DNA of 64,000 nucleotides from a virus. This document shows, piece after piece, positions 28,719 to 39,141 of the stretch. A program made the position numbers and the translations under genes. The first letter of the stretch is position 1; each line of letters starts with the position of its first letter. Below the pieces are notes generated by a model. The model saw only the letters and a list, made by a program, of their open reading frames with translations. It did no database searches and was not told the origin of the DNA. The stretch is taken from positions 1 to 64,000 of IMG/VR virus record IMGVR_UViG_3300009177_000030; one strand, written 5' to 3'.

Positions 28719-30673
28719 TGGGCGCATTTCTATCAGCACTCGGTGGGGCCGGACAGGCCGCAATTCCATACGGCGAACAGATCCGTTCGCAACTGGAATC
28801 GCGGCGCCATACCTTCGCCGATCTGATCGGGAAAGCCGCTCAGGAAGAATCCGACCCTCAAACCAGAACCTCACTCCTTCAGCATCAGGCGGATCTCTTG
28901 GCCGGGAAGCCGATCGGCTCGGTCGCTCAGAAATTCCAGACCACGATGCAGAAATTGCATCAGGACAATCAGGCACTCACGAACGTGTTTGGTGGTCCAC
29001 CGAAAGAGCCCGCACCTGTTCCCGGCTCGGCTCCGGGAGTTACGCCAGGCCAGCCAATTGCCCCAATTACTCCGCAGCGCGTTCCTTCGCCGTTTGAGGG
29101 ATACATAGCCTCCCACGCTCAGGACCAGACTCCACCGGCGGCACAGCCCGCTACGAATCCGATTGCCGGGCCACAGGGGCCGATACAGGCGAGTCCTCAG
29201 GCCGCCCCACAGATCCCGTCAATCGCGGCGGCACAGCCTCAGCCAGCGCTTACACCGATCCCAGCACCACAGGCACCTATCCAGCCCGTTCCCAACGACC
29301 CGCGGGCAATGCGCTCCGCCATTATTCAGCGATATCACGAAGCCTACCAGTCGGCCACTCCAGCTATGCGTCCGATGGTCTTGTCGGAGATGAACGACTC
29401 TCTCGCTCAGCTGCAGCCGTTTGAGCAGACGGCGCAGCGGAAGGCGGAATTTGACATCTTCAAGCAAACGCCGGAATTCAAAAATCTACCTCCATTCGCT
29501 CAGGCTGCATACGCCGCTCAGGCACACGGCTATCAGCCGGTTAATATGCCGCAGGGTGCGTTGGTGCCGACGAAGTACCAGACGACCGCCGAAGCACTGG
29601 ACCCGGCTATTCGTAAACAGTTCGGCATTCCAGATACCTACAAGGGACCAGTCACTGTCAGCAAATCCAGAACCGATGGGTCGGTGATTGACGCTGTACC
29701 GGGGAATCCAGGAATTGCAGTCATAACGAACCAGGATGGAACACAGTCTTTTGAGTACAAAGCGCCAGGTGGTGCGGCCGGCGTAGCCCCTGGCACAGTT
29801 ACGAAATTCATGAACGAAGGGGTGGACGCTCAGGGCCATCCGATGTTCGTCAATCCGTTTCATCCATCGATGAATTTCACCGGTCATGGTGTGAATCCTG
29901 GATTCATCCCTTCGGTCAACACGAGCACAGTGCAGACGCCCGGGCAACTGCCGGTTACCACGCATTCAGTACGGACTAAGGGTGGGATTGCGCCGATTGC
30001 GGGAACGGCACCTGCGGCAGTGCCGGCGAGTGGAGGCACTCCCTCAACGCCCAAGGGCGACCCGGTAGTTAAACGCAAGTACGATGACTGGGTTGCTGGC
30101 GCTTCTGTTCCAACAGGGAAAGATCTAACGGCGGTTCAGGACTATGCCACCAAGAATAATCTTCCAAGTCCGGTAGCATTGAGTGCGGCTGGCCAGAAGA
30201 TCATGGAAGGGGTGGATTCAACCACAAAACAGATTGATGGACTCCTGGAACGGTTGCGAGGTATTCAGGGACGTACTCATCTTACGCCTGAGTACATAAA
30301 ATACAAACTTGGCGGCGATACTCCATATAACGACATTTTCAGCGGTACGGCCTTCACTGATTTGCGCTCCGCCGCCGCCGCATTGCAGGGCGTGTCCGCG
30401 CGCGGGGAAAAGGTACTGAGGGAGGGGCTGGCACACACCCCAACCTTTGATCGTCTCGGTGGCCTTCTACCTGACGAGATAAAGACGATGATTGGTAAGT
30501 TTGAAGAAGCCAAAAAACTCATCGCCGGAGATAGAGAGTCCGCACTTCGGAACATGACTAAGACGGGGATCGCTCCGATTGCGCAGGGGGCGCAGCAACC
30601 AATAACGCCGATTACGCCCACTGTCCAGAAATGGGGAAGGGACGCACAGGGAAATCCCGTCCCAGTGCAGTAA
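28718..30673 (+). CDS. Internal virion/DNA ejection protein
   Basis: Synteny, Pro/Gln/Ala-rich, coupled. Confidence 0.55.
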   Translation: MGAFLSALGGAGQAAIPYGEQIRSQLESRRHTFADLIGKAAQEESDPQTRTSLLQHQADLLAGKPIGSVAQKFQTTMQKLHQDNQALTNVFGGPPKEPAPVPGSAPGVTPGQPIAPITPQRVPSPFEGYIASHAQDQTPPAAQPATNPIAGPQGPIQASPQAAPQIPSIAAAQPQPALTPIPAPQAPIQPVPNDPRAMRSAIIQRYHEAYQSATPAMRPMVLSEMNDSLAQLQPFEQTAQRKAEFDIFKQTPEFKNLPPFAQAAYAAQAHGYQPVNMPQGALVPTKYQTTAEALDPAIRKQFGIPDTYKGPVTVSKSRTDGSVIDAVPGNPGIAVITNQDGTQSFEYKAPGGAAGVAPGTVTKFMNEGVDAQGHPMFVNPFHPSMNFTGHGVNPGFIPSVNTSTVQTPGQLPVTTHSVRTKGGIAPIAGTAPAAVPASGGTPSTPKGDPVVKRKYDDWVAGASVPTGKDLTAVQDYATKNNLPSPVALSAAGQKIMEGVDSTTKQIDGLLERLRGIQGRTHLTPEYIKYKLGGDTPYNDIFSGTAFTDLRSAAAALQGVSARGEKVLREGLAHTPTFDRLGGLLPDEIKTMIGKFEEAKKLIAGDRESALRNMTKTGIAPIAQGAQQPITPITPTVQKWGRDAQGNPVPVQ

Positions 30674-32320
30674 ATGCCTAAGCAGATTCAATTCGAAGGT
30701 GCCACGCACGAATTCCCGGATGACTTCACGCAGGCTGACATCGCGAAAGCCCTGTCTGGCGCACATGGGGCAACCGCTACGGCCACAGCACCACGTCCCA
30801 GTTCACGACTGCCAATGAATCTGGGGCACATCTATACTCCTCCACTACAGGAGTCTGGCTTCTTCAGCGAGAGCGGTTTCGGTCCCGGCACTTTAGGCAA
30901 AGGCATTGGCGAGGTAATTCAGCCCGGTAAGCGGTTGGCCGGGCTGCATGATATTTTCGTGGGCGCAGGAGAGACCGCTTCGCCCGGTGTCCTTCCGTCT
31001 TTAGTGGCTGCGCCTGTCGCCACAATCGGAACTCTCGCTGCCGCTGGATTAGGTGGTGCTGTTGGGAAAGTCGGCTCTATGATAGCCGGTGCGAGTCCCG
31101 AGGTGTCTGATCTTGCCGGAGACGCCGGAAGCGTCCTCGGCGGTGGCATCGCGTCATCCCCCAAAATCCAGGCATTCACCAAAGGCGCTATCAAGGCCAT
31201 TCCCGGCGCAATCTCTGAGGGTGGTGGTTATCCCACCCTCTATGGCATCCTGCATGGCAAGACATCACTTCCTGCGGTTCTAGGGACACTGGCAGGCCAT
31301 GCATTTGGCCACCCCTACGAAGGTGGCGCATTGGGCGTCCTTGGTGGCGCTACCCCGACCGCTATACGTGGTGGACTGGCCGCTGCGGAGAACGCTCCAT
31401 GGCTTCCTCAACTGTTCCGTGAGCCCATCGTGCGGCCACCGGCGGGATGGCAGCAAGCCGGGGTAGAACCCACTCCGAGCGGAATTTCTCGACGAAGTGG
31501 TTCGGCCACGCCTATACTAGCCACTGAAACTCCTACAGGTCGCAAGCCAGGCGGCATCCAAAACCAGACCGCTATTGAGCCCATCGTGCGGCCACCGGCG
31601 GCACGTTTTGAGCCGACTCCACGGCCAGCACCGGATGCTACACCGATACCAGCCACCGAAACCCCCACCGGTCGCAAGCCAGGCGGCATCCAAAACCAGA
31701 CCACTATCGAACCCATCGTGCGGCCACCGGCGGCAGAACTTGCCGGCATTGATCCGAACGATCTGGATGCAGCAGCATCGTTGCTGACGAACAACAAAAA
31801 GATGTTCAAAGATCTGACCGGCGCGAATCGTCAGACGGCGATCAATCAGGCCAGGGGATTCTCACAACAGAGGATAGCGTTGCAGGGTAAGCCAGCCGCC
31901 GCCATGCAGCCCGTAGCCACGTCTGCTCCAGCCACCACCTACATGCCAGACCTGGAGGCTAAGGTGATAGCCGCACCGATTGAGCCACTAGCCTCCGGTG
32001 CGCCGATGCAGCCGATTGGCAACAACATCAACTACCCGGGCCATATCCACGAGCAACTCCACGGAGCCGGTCCTGAAGTAGCCATCACTCACGCATCGAA
32101 CGCCAGCGCCAAGGATCTCGCTGTGGCAACGCGCCTGAAGGCGGCCGGAATTACACCAGCAGCAGTGGATGCGATGACCGATGCGGAACTGAACCAGCAC
32201 TATAAGGCGCTCGGCTATAAGCCGCTTGGATCAGACTTCAAACCAGGCAAGCGCGTTGGGCGTCCGGCAGATGTGGGGCGCCTGCACTTGAGAACGGTAT
32301 TGGGGGATCTATGGAAATAG
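30674..32320 (+). CDS. Internal virion/DNA ejection protein
   Basis: EFPDD.T..DI..AL N-terminus, Gly/Ala hydrophobic stretches. Confidence 0.55.
   Translation: MPKQIQFEGATHEFPDDFTQADIAKALSGAHGATATATAPRPSSRLPMNLGHIYTPPLQESGFFSESGFGPGTLGKGIGEVIQPGKRLAGLHDIFVGAGETASPGVLPSLVAAPVATIGTLAAAGLGGAVGKVGSMIAGASPEVSDLAGDAGSVLGGGIASSPKIQAFTKGAIKAIPGAISEGGGYPTLYGILHGKTSLPAVLGTLAGHAFGHPYEGGALGVLGGATPTAIRGGLAAAENAPWLPQLFREPIVRPPAGWQQAGVEPTPSGISRRSGSATPILATETPTGRKPGGIQNQTAIEPIVRPPAARFEPTPRPAPDATPIPATETPTGRKPGGIQNQTTIEPIVRPPAAELAGIDPNDLDAAASLLTNNKKMFKDLTGANRQTAINQARGFSQQRIALQGKPAAAMQPVATSAPATTYMPDLEAKVIAAPIEPLASGAPMQPIGNNINYPGHIHEQLHGAGPEVAITHASNASAKDLAVATRLKAAGITPAAVDAMTDAELNQHYKALGYKPLGSDFKPGKRVGRPADVGRLHLRTVLGDLWK
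31421..31737 (+). repeat. Intragenic repeat, 132-bp period (ATETPTGRKPGGIQNQTxIEPIVRPPAA x2; EPIVRPPA x3)
   Basis: Direct comparison of 31519.. with 31651.. Confidence 0.9.
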
Positions 32321-32679
32321 CCGTCAAACCTCTCGCCCCCGAATACCTAACTGCGGTCTGTATTCACTGCGGCCAAGCAGGTCCGCGAACGATTACGAAG
32401 AAAGGCCCGGCGCACCTGAAGTGTGTGCCGCCGTCGGATAAGCGCAATGAGTCCACTCCCGCCACCAGATAAGTTTGAACTGAATCGGATGCTGCACGCG
32501 CGAGCTCAGGAACTCAATCTGCCTGGTTCGCCAGCGGGGAAGAATGGGCATCAGATGCTGAGCCTTGCGGCCAGATCCCATTACGGCGTTAAATCACTAT
32601 CAGAACTGAACGAAGCCCAGATGCGGGCTATGTATGACTTCTTAGACAGCAAGAGGCGGTTGCCCGTCAAAGGTGAACT

Positions 32680-32985
32680 CTAGACCGCACGCCATTCTGC
32701 GCCGAAATACAGGCCATCGACAGCCGCACTAATCGAGAAGCCGCCTTTAGCCAATACCGGGCAATCGTCGGAAACTACGGGAATTCGCAATCCCTGAACA
32801 ATAGCGCATCCTGAGAGGATCGGATTTCCCTCGCCGTCAAATACGGACAGAGAAATCGGCGCTCCCGTTACGTTGCTGACCCAGAGACTGTCTATCGTGC
32901 AGTCGTAGTTGGCGACAGGTGTCAGCGCCAGAGGAACAGCAGTGGAGGGGAGTTTAAAAAAACCGTTGGCGTTTATTGCGGTCAT
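32680..32985 (-). CDS. Small beta-rich virion-like protein
   Basis: ORF at the end of the minus-strand operon. Confidence 0.5.
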   Translation of the reverse strand: MTAINANGFFKLPSTAVPLALTPVANYDCTIDSLWVSNVTGAPISLSVFDGEGNPILSGCAIVQGLRIPVVSDDCPVLAKGGFSISAAVDGLYFGAEWRAV

Positions 32986-33003
32986 GGATTCAGGTTCTCA
33001 CAT

Positions 33004-33717
33004 TTAGGCAAATAATGCCTCGTAATCCTTAGTTCCCGGCACACACCCGTACCGCTTCTTGAACATCTGTTTGTTAGCTTCGGCTCCCCGGCGGATACGT
33101 GCAGCCTCACCAGGATTAGCCTGCTTCAGTGTCGACGCGCCATGGTGCAGGAACGGAAGCGATACGCAAACAGCAGGTATCCCGGCATCGTGTAAGGCTT
33201 TGTGGTGGAAGCAATCCTCGAGATAAGCTGGCCAACATTCTTCGTTGAACCAGATGTTTCGATCTGTAACAGATTTGCGAATCATCCAGCTCGAATAATC
33301 CGGATGGTTTCTTTTAGAAGCAATCAGGAACTCAAGACTCGGTTCGGGATCTACCACGAACTGGTCTTCGCCCCCGACTGAAACACAAGTCACGAACGGC
33401 CCGTTGATGGCATCAAGAAGCCTGGCGGTACAGGGCGCGATTTCTACGTCGTTGTTAAGTACCAACGCTCTCGTGTGCCCAGCCTTCCACAATGCCCGCA
33501 ACGCCACGTTCCAGCACTTAGCGAGGGACCACTGTTCGCCTGTGTGTATCGTCGCAATAGGTTTTGTCGCCAACCATTGATCGGTGCCGTCCGAACAATC
33601 ATTCGAGACCACAAGTACCTCAACCGGGACATCCTGCCTCAGGGCTGAGTTGACCGCTTTTTTTGTTAACGGCAAGCCGTTTCGAGCCACGATAACGATC
33701 GGAATCTCAACCCGCAT
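33004..33717 (-). CDS. Glycosyltransferase family 2
   Basis: IVIVARN, VVSNDCSDGT, WN, LNND, F.E...AY.ED, H.GAST. Confidence 0.9.
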   Translation of the reverse strand: MRVEIPIVIVARNGLPLTKKAVNSALRQDVPVEVLVVSNDCSDGTDQWLATKPIATIHTGEQWSLAKCWNVALRALWKAGHTRALVLNNDVEIAPCTARLLDAINGPFVTCVSVGGEDQFVVDPEPSLEFLIASKRNHPDYSSWMIRKSVTDRNIWFNEECWPAYLEDCFHHKALHDAGIPAVCVSLPFLHHGASTLKQANPGEAARIRRGAEANKQMFKKRYGCVPGTKDYEALFA

Positions 33718-33895
33718 ACATCTCGTCCACAACCGGCTCGGTCTCCGAAAGATTCGCCCACTCCTTCACTCGGTCAACGATCTTTCGCATATCAACCGGT
33801 TTATTTTCTGGCGGTTCCTCAATATTCAGTTTCTGCCTCATGTCGTTAATTTTACTTGTATTTCTCGTCACAGTCAAATGCCTTATTATAGAGCC

Positions 33896-36277
33896 ATGCG
33901 TCACGTGAAACATATCTGCATGATTCTGTTCCTGTTCCCGGCTCTGAGTTTCGCCCGCGGTGCGCTTCTGGGCTACTGCACTCAGGGTGGTCAGGTCATC
34001 CATACGAGTTCCGTTCCGTCAACAACGAAGGTCATGCAATCCTACCCCCAGTGTTCCGTGACGGTCTTCTACACCGGAGGACCGAGCGGCACTGTCACAA
34101 CATCAGGCACGGCAGTTACCTTTGTTAGCGGCACGCTTTTTAACGCAAATTCCGGATGGGCTGGACTCCAGATAACGATCAACGGCGTTACCTATACGAT
34201 TTCGTCTGTGTCGAGCCAAACCTCTCTAACACTCACTACCAGTGCTGGAACGCAGTCTTCTCCTGTAGCGTATTCTATGGCATCAACGGCCCCGGCTGCG
34301 ATATTTAACAGCAACGGATCAGCCAAAACTAATCCATTCGCATCTTCTCTGACTGGACTCTGGCAGTTTTATGCCGATGATGGAACGTTTGATATCAGAT
34401 TATCGGGAGGTGGAATTCCTGCTCCTTTCACATGGGGAGCTCAAAATTTATACACAGGCCAATATCGATTGCCGGTGGCTGGATCGATACTCACCACTGT
34501 ATCCGCAAAACTTAACTCCTTCTACGAGGCAGTTGCAGACTTCGGCGCCGACCCGACGAATACCAGCAACTCAACTGCTGCCGCGCAGGCGGCAATAACG
34601 GCGGCCATATCCGCACACAATTGCGCTTTATTTGTGGGTGGAAGGTACAAACTGAGTTTTTCCTCCGTCGCTTCCCTGGTGCTCCCTTCCAACGCCTGCG
34701 TTAAGGGAGAAAGTAATAACAATACCGTTTTCCTTGAGTCAACTGCCAACGCAACGATTATGGCGGTAACCGGGCACAATGTGAACCTGAAGGATTTTTA
34801 TCTGGCATTTGAGACGGGGGTCACGGCGACCTCTGGGACGGGACTGAGCCTGTACCCAGATGTTACGAGCACCTCTCAGGTGGTTTATACCTACATGGAT
34901 AATGTTTCCATTGGGTCACGTTTTTGCGACGAAGACCCAACCAACGCCTGCCAGGCTGCTGCGAATGCAAATAAGTTGCTATATGGGGTGCTGATTCAAT
35001 CTGGAGTATTCGATACTTTATTTATGCATTCGTCTAATCTATTTGTGAGATGGGCAACAAATGGAGTTTATATGATCTCCGGGGGGCTTGCGGGAAGTTC
35101 TGGTTTCGGCGGCGTGATTGCTAATAAATTCGTGGCCACTGAGATGGACGGCATTGTAGATGGATTCACATTAGCTCCGTCTGGTGAGAATTTTTTCCTG
35201 TCAACACGCGTTGATGACGCGACCCATGCGGCATGGCGCTTCATTTCTAATCCAAATGGCGGAACCTATGGCTCTCAGGCAAGTTCACACAATCACATCG
35301 AAACCTACGGAGAGGGAAATATAAACCTCGCCGATTTCACGGCAGCAAACAGCAACGTGATCTTCTATGCAGGAGACGAAACCAGCGTATCCACTGGAAA
35401 TATTCCGGTGATTGGCGCTCAGAGATCGTCCAATACTGTGTCTGCCCCTGGGATATTCAGTACCGGATTTTATCCAGCGTCAACTATTTCGAGCGGAACA
35501 TATACTAGCGGCGGAACGTTTTCCGGGTCTTCCAGTCAGACATGTCTACTGACATTCCCCGGCGGCGTCGGAACAGCCACGGTGGCCCTGACTGGTTCAA
35601 ATACTATCGCTGGCGGCACAGCTCTCACATCTATTTCCGTATCTGGGGTATTTACGACTGGGCCAATCACAGCCAGTTTGTCGAGCGGAACGGCAACGTG
35701 CTCCGGCACGGCGGTAGTCGCCACTGTGATAGCGGCATCCGCAACAAGCCTCGACCCATTCATGGCGGCAGGTATTCTGGATTTCAACAACAGCCCGAAT
35801 CAGGCGACCGTGGACCTGCGATCAACCCCAAATAATCCGTACGTCATGCGTATCAGACAGGCCAGTCATCCCACGCTCACCAATTGGGATTTCCTTAATT
35901 TGGATTTATCAAAGGGATGGATAATTCAGGACGACGCATCATCGCCACTCACTAAGCCAGTGGCTACATTCCAGAAAAACTTCACCACCGGGGCATCACC
36001 AAATTCTTTCATCCGCTTCACCTCTGGCGTCAACCCTTTGTTCGTGGGTGACGTAGACTGTGGCTTTGTGAACACTGGAGCCGTGGTTACAACTCAATGC
36101 AGATTTGGAGTACAAAACTCTCTCGGAATAGAGAACTACCCATTTACCGTAGTGGGTGACGGCACAGTAAAATATCCAGTGTCTGGCTTTAGTGCCAATA
36201 ACGTCGTCTGTTTTAAGGCTTCCGGGGTGCTGGGGTATGCGGTCGTAACGGCGGGGTCTACAGGAACATGCAACTAA
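33896..36277 (+). CDS. Tailspike-like protein (beta-helix) with N-terminal signal peptide
   Basis: ATG 33896 MRHVKHICMILFLFPALSFA; NPF....G.W.FYADDG..DI head-binding-like motif; DFGADPT...NSTAA.QAAI..A pectate-lyase-3-like start. Confidence 0.75.
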   Translation: MRHVKHICMILFLFPALSFARGALLGYCTQGGQVIHTSSVPSTTKVMQSYPQCSVTVFYTGGPSGTVTTSGTAVTFVSGTLFNANSGWAGLQITINGVTYTISSVSSQTSLTLTTSAGTQSSPVAYSMASTAPAAIFNSNGSAKTNPFASSLTGLWQFYADDGTFDIRLSGGGIPAPFTWGAQNLYTGQYRLPVAGSILTTVSAKLNSFYEAVADFGADPTNTSNSTAAAQAAITAAISAHNCALFVGGRYKLSFSSVASLVLPSNACVKGESNNNTVFLESTANATIMAVTGHNVNLKDFYLAFETGVTATSGTGLSLYPDVTSTSQVVYTYMDNVSIGSRFCDEDPTNACQAAANANKLLYGVLIQSGVFDTLFMHSSNLFVRWATNGVYMISGGLAGSSGFGGVIANKFVATEMDGIVDGFTLAPSGENFFLSTRVDDATHAAWRFISNPNGGTYGSQASSHNHIETYGEGNINLADFTAANSNVIFYAGDETSVSTGNIPVIGAQRSSNTVSAPGIFSTGFYPASTISSGTYTSGGTFSGSSSQTCLLTFPGGVGTATVALTGSNTIAGGTALTSISVSGVFTTGPITASLSSGTATCSGTAVVATVIAASATSLDPFMAAGILDFNNSPNQATVDLRSTPNNPYVMRIRQASHPTLTNWDFLNLDLSKGWIIQDDASSPLTKPVATFQKNFTTGASPNSFIRFTSGVNPLFVGDVDCGFVNTGAVVTTQCRFGVQNSLGIENYPFTVVGDGTVKYPVSGFSANNVVCFKASGVLGYAVVTAGSTGTCN

Positions 36278-36498
36278 AAAAATACCGCTTCTTCATTTTG
36301 AATGTGACGGCCCTCGTGGGATTTGGACTGTATCAGTGGATAAATCGAATGCAGTTCACGGAGTATGTGTACGTGAAGGTTCCAACTCCAGGCATGAAGA
36401 TGTCTGACTACGAATCTGGTTGCCTGGCATCACTTACACGGGTAGGCACTATTAACGCTGAAAACCGGATCAAGATTCAGGAACTACAGGGACGTTAA
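36268..36498 (+). CDS. Small single-TM protein
   Basis: Overlaps the spike gene end, N-terminal hydrophobic helix. Confidence 0.5.
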   Translation: MQLKKYRFFILNVTALVGFGLYQWINRMQFTEYVYVKVPTPGMKMSDYESGCLASLTRVGTINAENRIKIQELQGR

Positions 36499-37028
36499 GC
36501 ACTTGCCTCGACCGCCAATATCCACCAGTCTCGCGCTATATCGGCTCCCGGGATTTCGCGCCAGTCAAACGGCTTGATGCGGGAGAAGTCGCAGGAGAAG
36601 AGGAATTCCCTGAGAGACTCATAGGTGAAACCCCATTTATGGCGGTCGGCCTCATGATTCATGAATGCGCCGTACACGTTCGTTAGGTAGATCTGATCTG
36701 TGATGCGACCCTGCAGCCACCCCTTAGCGAGTGCCCGCATGTCGGGTACACAGACAATCAGAGAGCCTTCATCGGACAATATCCTTCGGCATTCGCGTAC
36801 CATAGGTCCAGATTCTCCGCAGCCATAGTGCTCGAGGTTATGATGCGACACGATCAGATCTGCTGAGCCATCCGCAAACATCGGCATGCTTGCGCCATCT
36901 GCGACGACATCGGGTTTCCAGCGGGGGTTGATGTCAACGTTCACGAAGTCGTCGAATCGTCGTTGGCCGGATCCAAGATTGATACGTACTCCGGCTCCCG
37001 TCGCGTACTTCTTCTTTACTTTACCCAC
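36495..37028 (-). CDS. Class I SAM-dependent methyltransferase
   Basis: NLGSG, NVD, H.LEH, E.RRIL...G...V.VPD. Confidence 0.9.
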   Translation of the reverse strand: MGKVKKKYATGAGVRINLGSGQRRFDDFVNVDINPRWKPDVVADGASMPMFADGSADLIVSHHNLEHYGCGESGPMVRECRRILSDEGSLIVCVPDMRALAKGWLQGRITDQIYLTNVYGAFMNHEADRHKWGFTYESLREFLFSCDFSRIKPFDWREIPGADIARDWWILAVEASA

Positions 37029-37690
37029 GCCAACATCCTTTCATCCCGGCCACAAACCGGATCGCTATAACCGCCGTTGAAATGGACTACGCAAGGGCGC
37101 GAACCAGTCACAGCATTAACCGGACCCTCTTGAATATCCCCACCACTCATCGACTGAAATACCCGGCATTCAGAATCCAAAACCAGACATTCCATCCTGC
37201 CGGCTAGAATCTCCAGCGTTATCCACCCCTGGTCGTTGCATTCCGGATGTGAGGCGTATTCCTTCGCCATGAAATTCCATCGGTTCCAGATCCATGGAAT
37301 CTCGCCCATGAACTGGCCGGCGCATGGATAGCGCCATGGGCCCACGTCTGGGAATTTATCACCAAGATCACGGAACGGGTAGCAGTCTTTCTCTGCGCTC
37401 ATCAGGCAGACTGGTGAACCCAAGGCGATGTACTCTTGCTGGATATCTTCCCATGACCTCACGAATAGACTATCGGTGCCGTCCGTGTAGAGAACGTGGG
37501 TATAGCCTTCCTCCATGAGTTCCTCAAGAACAGGCAGGAGTTTTGTCACCTTAATGTCGCCCCAACCGCCCGGGTTACAACCAATGCCATATGGAGAGAG
37601 GGGAACGCCGTGCTTGACCGCAGAGTCCATCAGAAGGTGGATCATCTGTGTGTCGGGATAGAGGCAGGCCGTGATGGCGGCGAGGGTCAT
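37016..37690 (-). CDS. PLOD/LH3-type glycosyltransferase domain protein
   Basis: G..K, LYTD.TD, SAEK.CYP, Y..AG.FMG, DQ, LD..C.VFQ, HFNG. Confidence 0.75.
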   Translation of the reverse strand: MTLAAITACLYPDTQMIHLLMDSAVKHGVPLSPYGIGCNPGGWGDIKVTKLLPVLEELMEEGYTHVLYTDGTDSLFVRSWEDIQQEYIALGSPVCLMSAEKDCYPFRDLGDKFPDVGPWRYPCAGQFMGEIPWIWNRWNFMAKEYASHPECNDQGWITLEILAGRMECLVLDSECRVFQSMSGGDIQEGPVNAVTGSRPCVVHFNGGYSDPVCGRDERMLAWVK

Positions 37691-39141
37691 TGAGTGGCGT
37701 CGGTGCTGTTGAGAATAGTCTTTGGCAGGAAACTACCACCAGCACCCATGGAGTGCTCGAATGATTGGCCGGTATGGTAGAACGGGATGCCAAGTTCAAG
37801 ACGTACTTCGTTTTCAACCCAGTCCCGCATCTCCACCAGGCGTTCCGGCGAAATATGGTCTGTCCATACGTGGCTTATATAGGAACCAGGTTGGCCTTTA
37901 TAAAACTGGGCCTCAGTCGTAAAGTCTACATCGTGCATGTAGAGTCTGTCCCCAGACTTCGGAGCCGTGTAGCACCATGAACCATCGGGCATCGTTACTG
38001 CGTCGTCGTAGTAGGGTGAACCCGGGTAAGGGGTGATGATCGTGCAATCGAAGTCGCTCGGCTTCACGTCAACGAGCCAGTCCCGAATACAACGAATAGT
38101 GTCTTCAGACTCGCCAGCATGTCCGGTGCTCATCAAAGCCTTCACCTTGAGGCCAGCGTTGTGAGCGATCTTAACCGCCCGCGTGTTGTCAGCCACGGTG
38201 GCGTTCTTCTGGATGTTGAGGAGAATGCGTTCATCGGCAGACTCGAATCCGATCAGGATTTGGCGGAACCCGGCACCGTACATCGCTTCAGCCTGTTCAT
38301 CAGTGAAAAGCTCTGCCTTGATGAATCCGCGGAGTTTCCATTGGATGCCGCGCTCATCGGCTGCAGCCTTGAGTTGACGCATCAGATCGACCATGGAACG
38401 GTTGATATTAAGCTCGTCGTCCATCGCCATGGCGGCCGTAAATCCGTAGGTATCGTAGAGGTGGACCATTTCCGCCACTGCGTTCTCCGAAGAACGTAAG
38501 CGAATACGGCGAAGAAAGGCAGAGTTCCTCCCGGCACAAAACGAGCAAGACATGGGACAGCCCAACTGATGGATCATAGAGGCTGCGGGAGCGCCGTCAA
38601 TCTGGTAATGATAGGAACTCACGTCTATCAAATGCCGTGCAGGCCAACCACTTTCTTCGAATCCTTTATGGGTGAGAAATAACGCGGACTTCGGATCATC
38701 TGCATTCACAAGTCCGCGATCCATTAGCAACGCTTGGTGGATTGCATCCTCTCCATCACCTGCCACGATTACCTCAGCGTATTGGAATAATCGTTCCATG
38801 GCTGCTGCGGCCCGTGTGGATTTCTTGATCGCAGCGTGCGTTAGAGTTGCGTGTGGGCCACCAAGAATCCTGGTACCGTGTCCACTTAGACGTTTGAGAA
38901 TATTCAACGCAGCAGGCATCTGTGGACTGGTAGCCGTGACACCAAACTTTTTAGTTTCCGGTCGAAGGGTGAGGTAGTCCCCGATCACGTCAACGTAATT
39001 CTTGACGCCACTCAGGTCGAGCATATCGACGATATGGCCTGCACGTTCCAGTGACGTGGCAACCTTGAGAATACCAAGAGCCATAAATACCTTCTCGTCC
39101 ATGAGGAACGAACTCGGCGGGATGATCAGGCAGATACGCAC
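37687..39141 (-). CDS. B12-binding radical SAM protein
   Basis: LG.L.VA, GGPHAT, GDGE, GCPMSCSFC, GFES, PYPGS. Confidence 0.92.
   Translation of the reverse strand: MRICLIIPPSSFLMDEKVFMALGILKVATSLERAGHIVDMLDLSGVKNYVDVIGDYLTLRPETKKFGVTATSPQMPAALNILKRLSGHGTRILGGPHATLTHAAIKKSTRAAAAMERLFQYAEVIVAGDGEDAIHQALLMDRGLVNADDPKSALFLTHKGFEESGWPARHLIDVSSYHYQIDGAPAASMIHQLGCPMSCSFCAGRNSAFLRRIRLRSSENAVAEMVHLYDTYGFTAAMAMDDELNINRSMVDLMRQLKAAADERGIQWKLRGFIKAELFTDEQAEAMYGAGFRQILIGFESADERILLNIQKNATVADNTRAVKIAHNAGLKVKALMSTGHAGESEDTIRCIRDWLVDVKPSDFDCTIITPYPGSPYYDDAVTMPDGSWCYTAPKSGDRLYMHDVDFTTEAQFYKGQPGSYISHVWTDHISPERLVEMRDWVENEVRLELGIPFYHTGQSFEHSMGAGGSFLPKTILNSTDATQ

Noticed and set aside
33584-33895. Track's 5' extension of the spike ORF (likewise 44408, 27418 minus, 59875, 60891 starts)
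   Set aside because: Most overlap other genes; downstream starts have better promoter, RBS, coupling or signal-peptide context.
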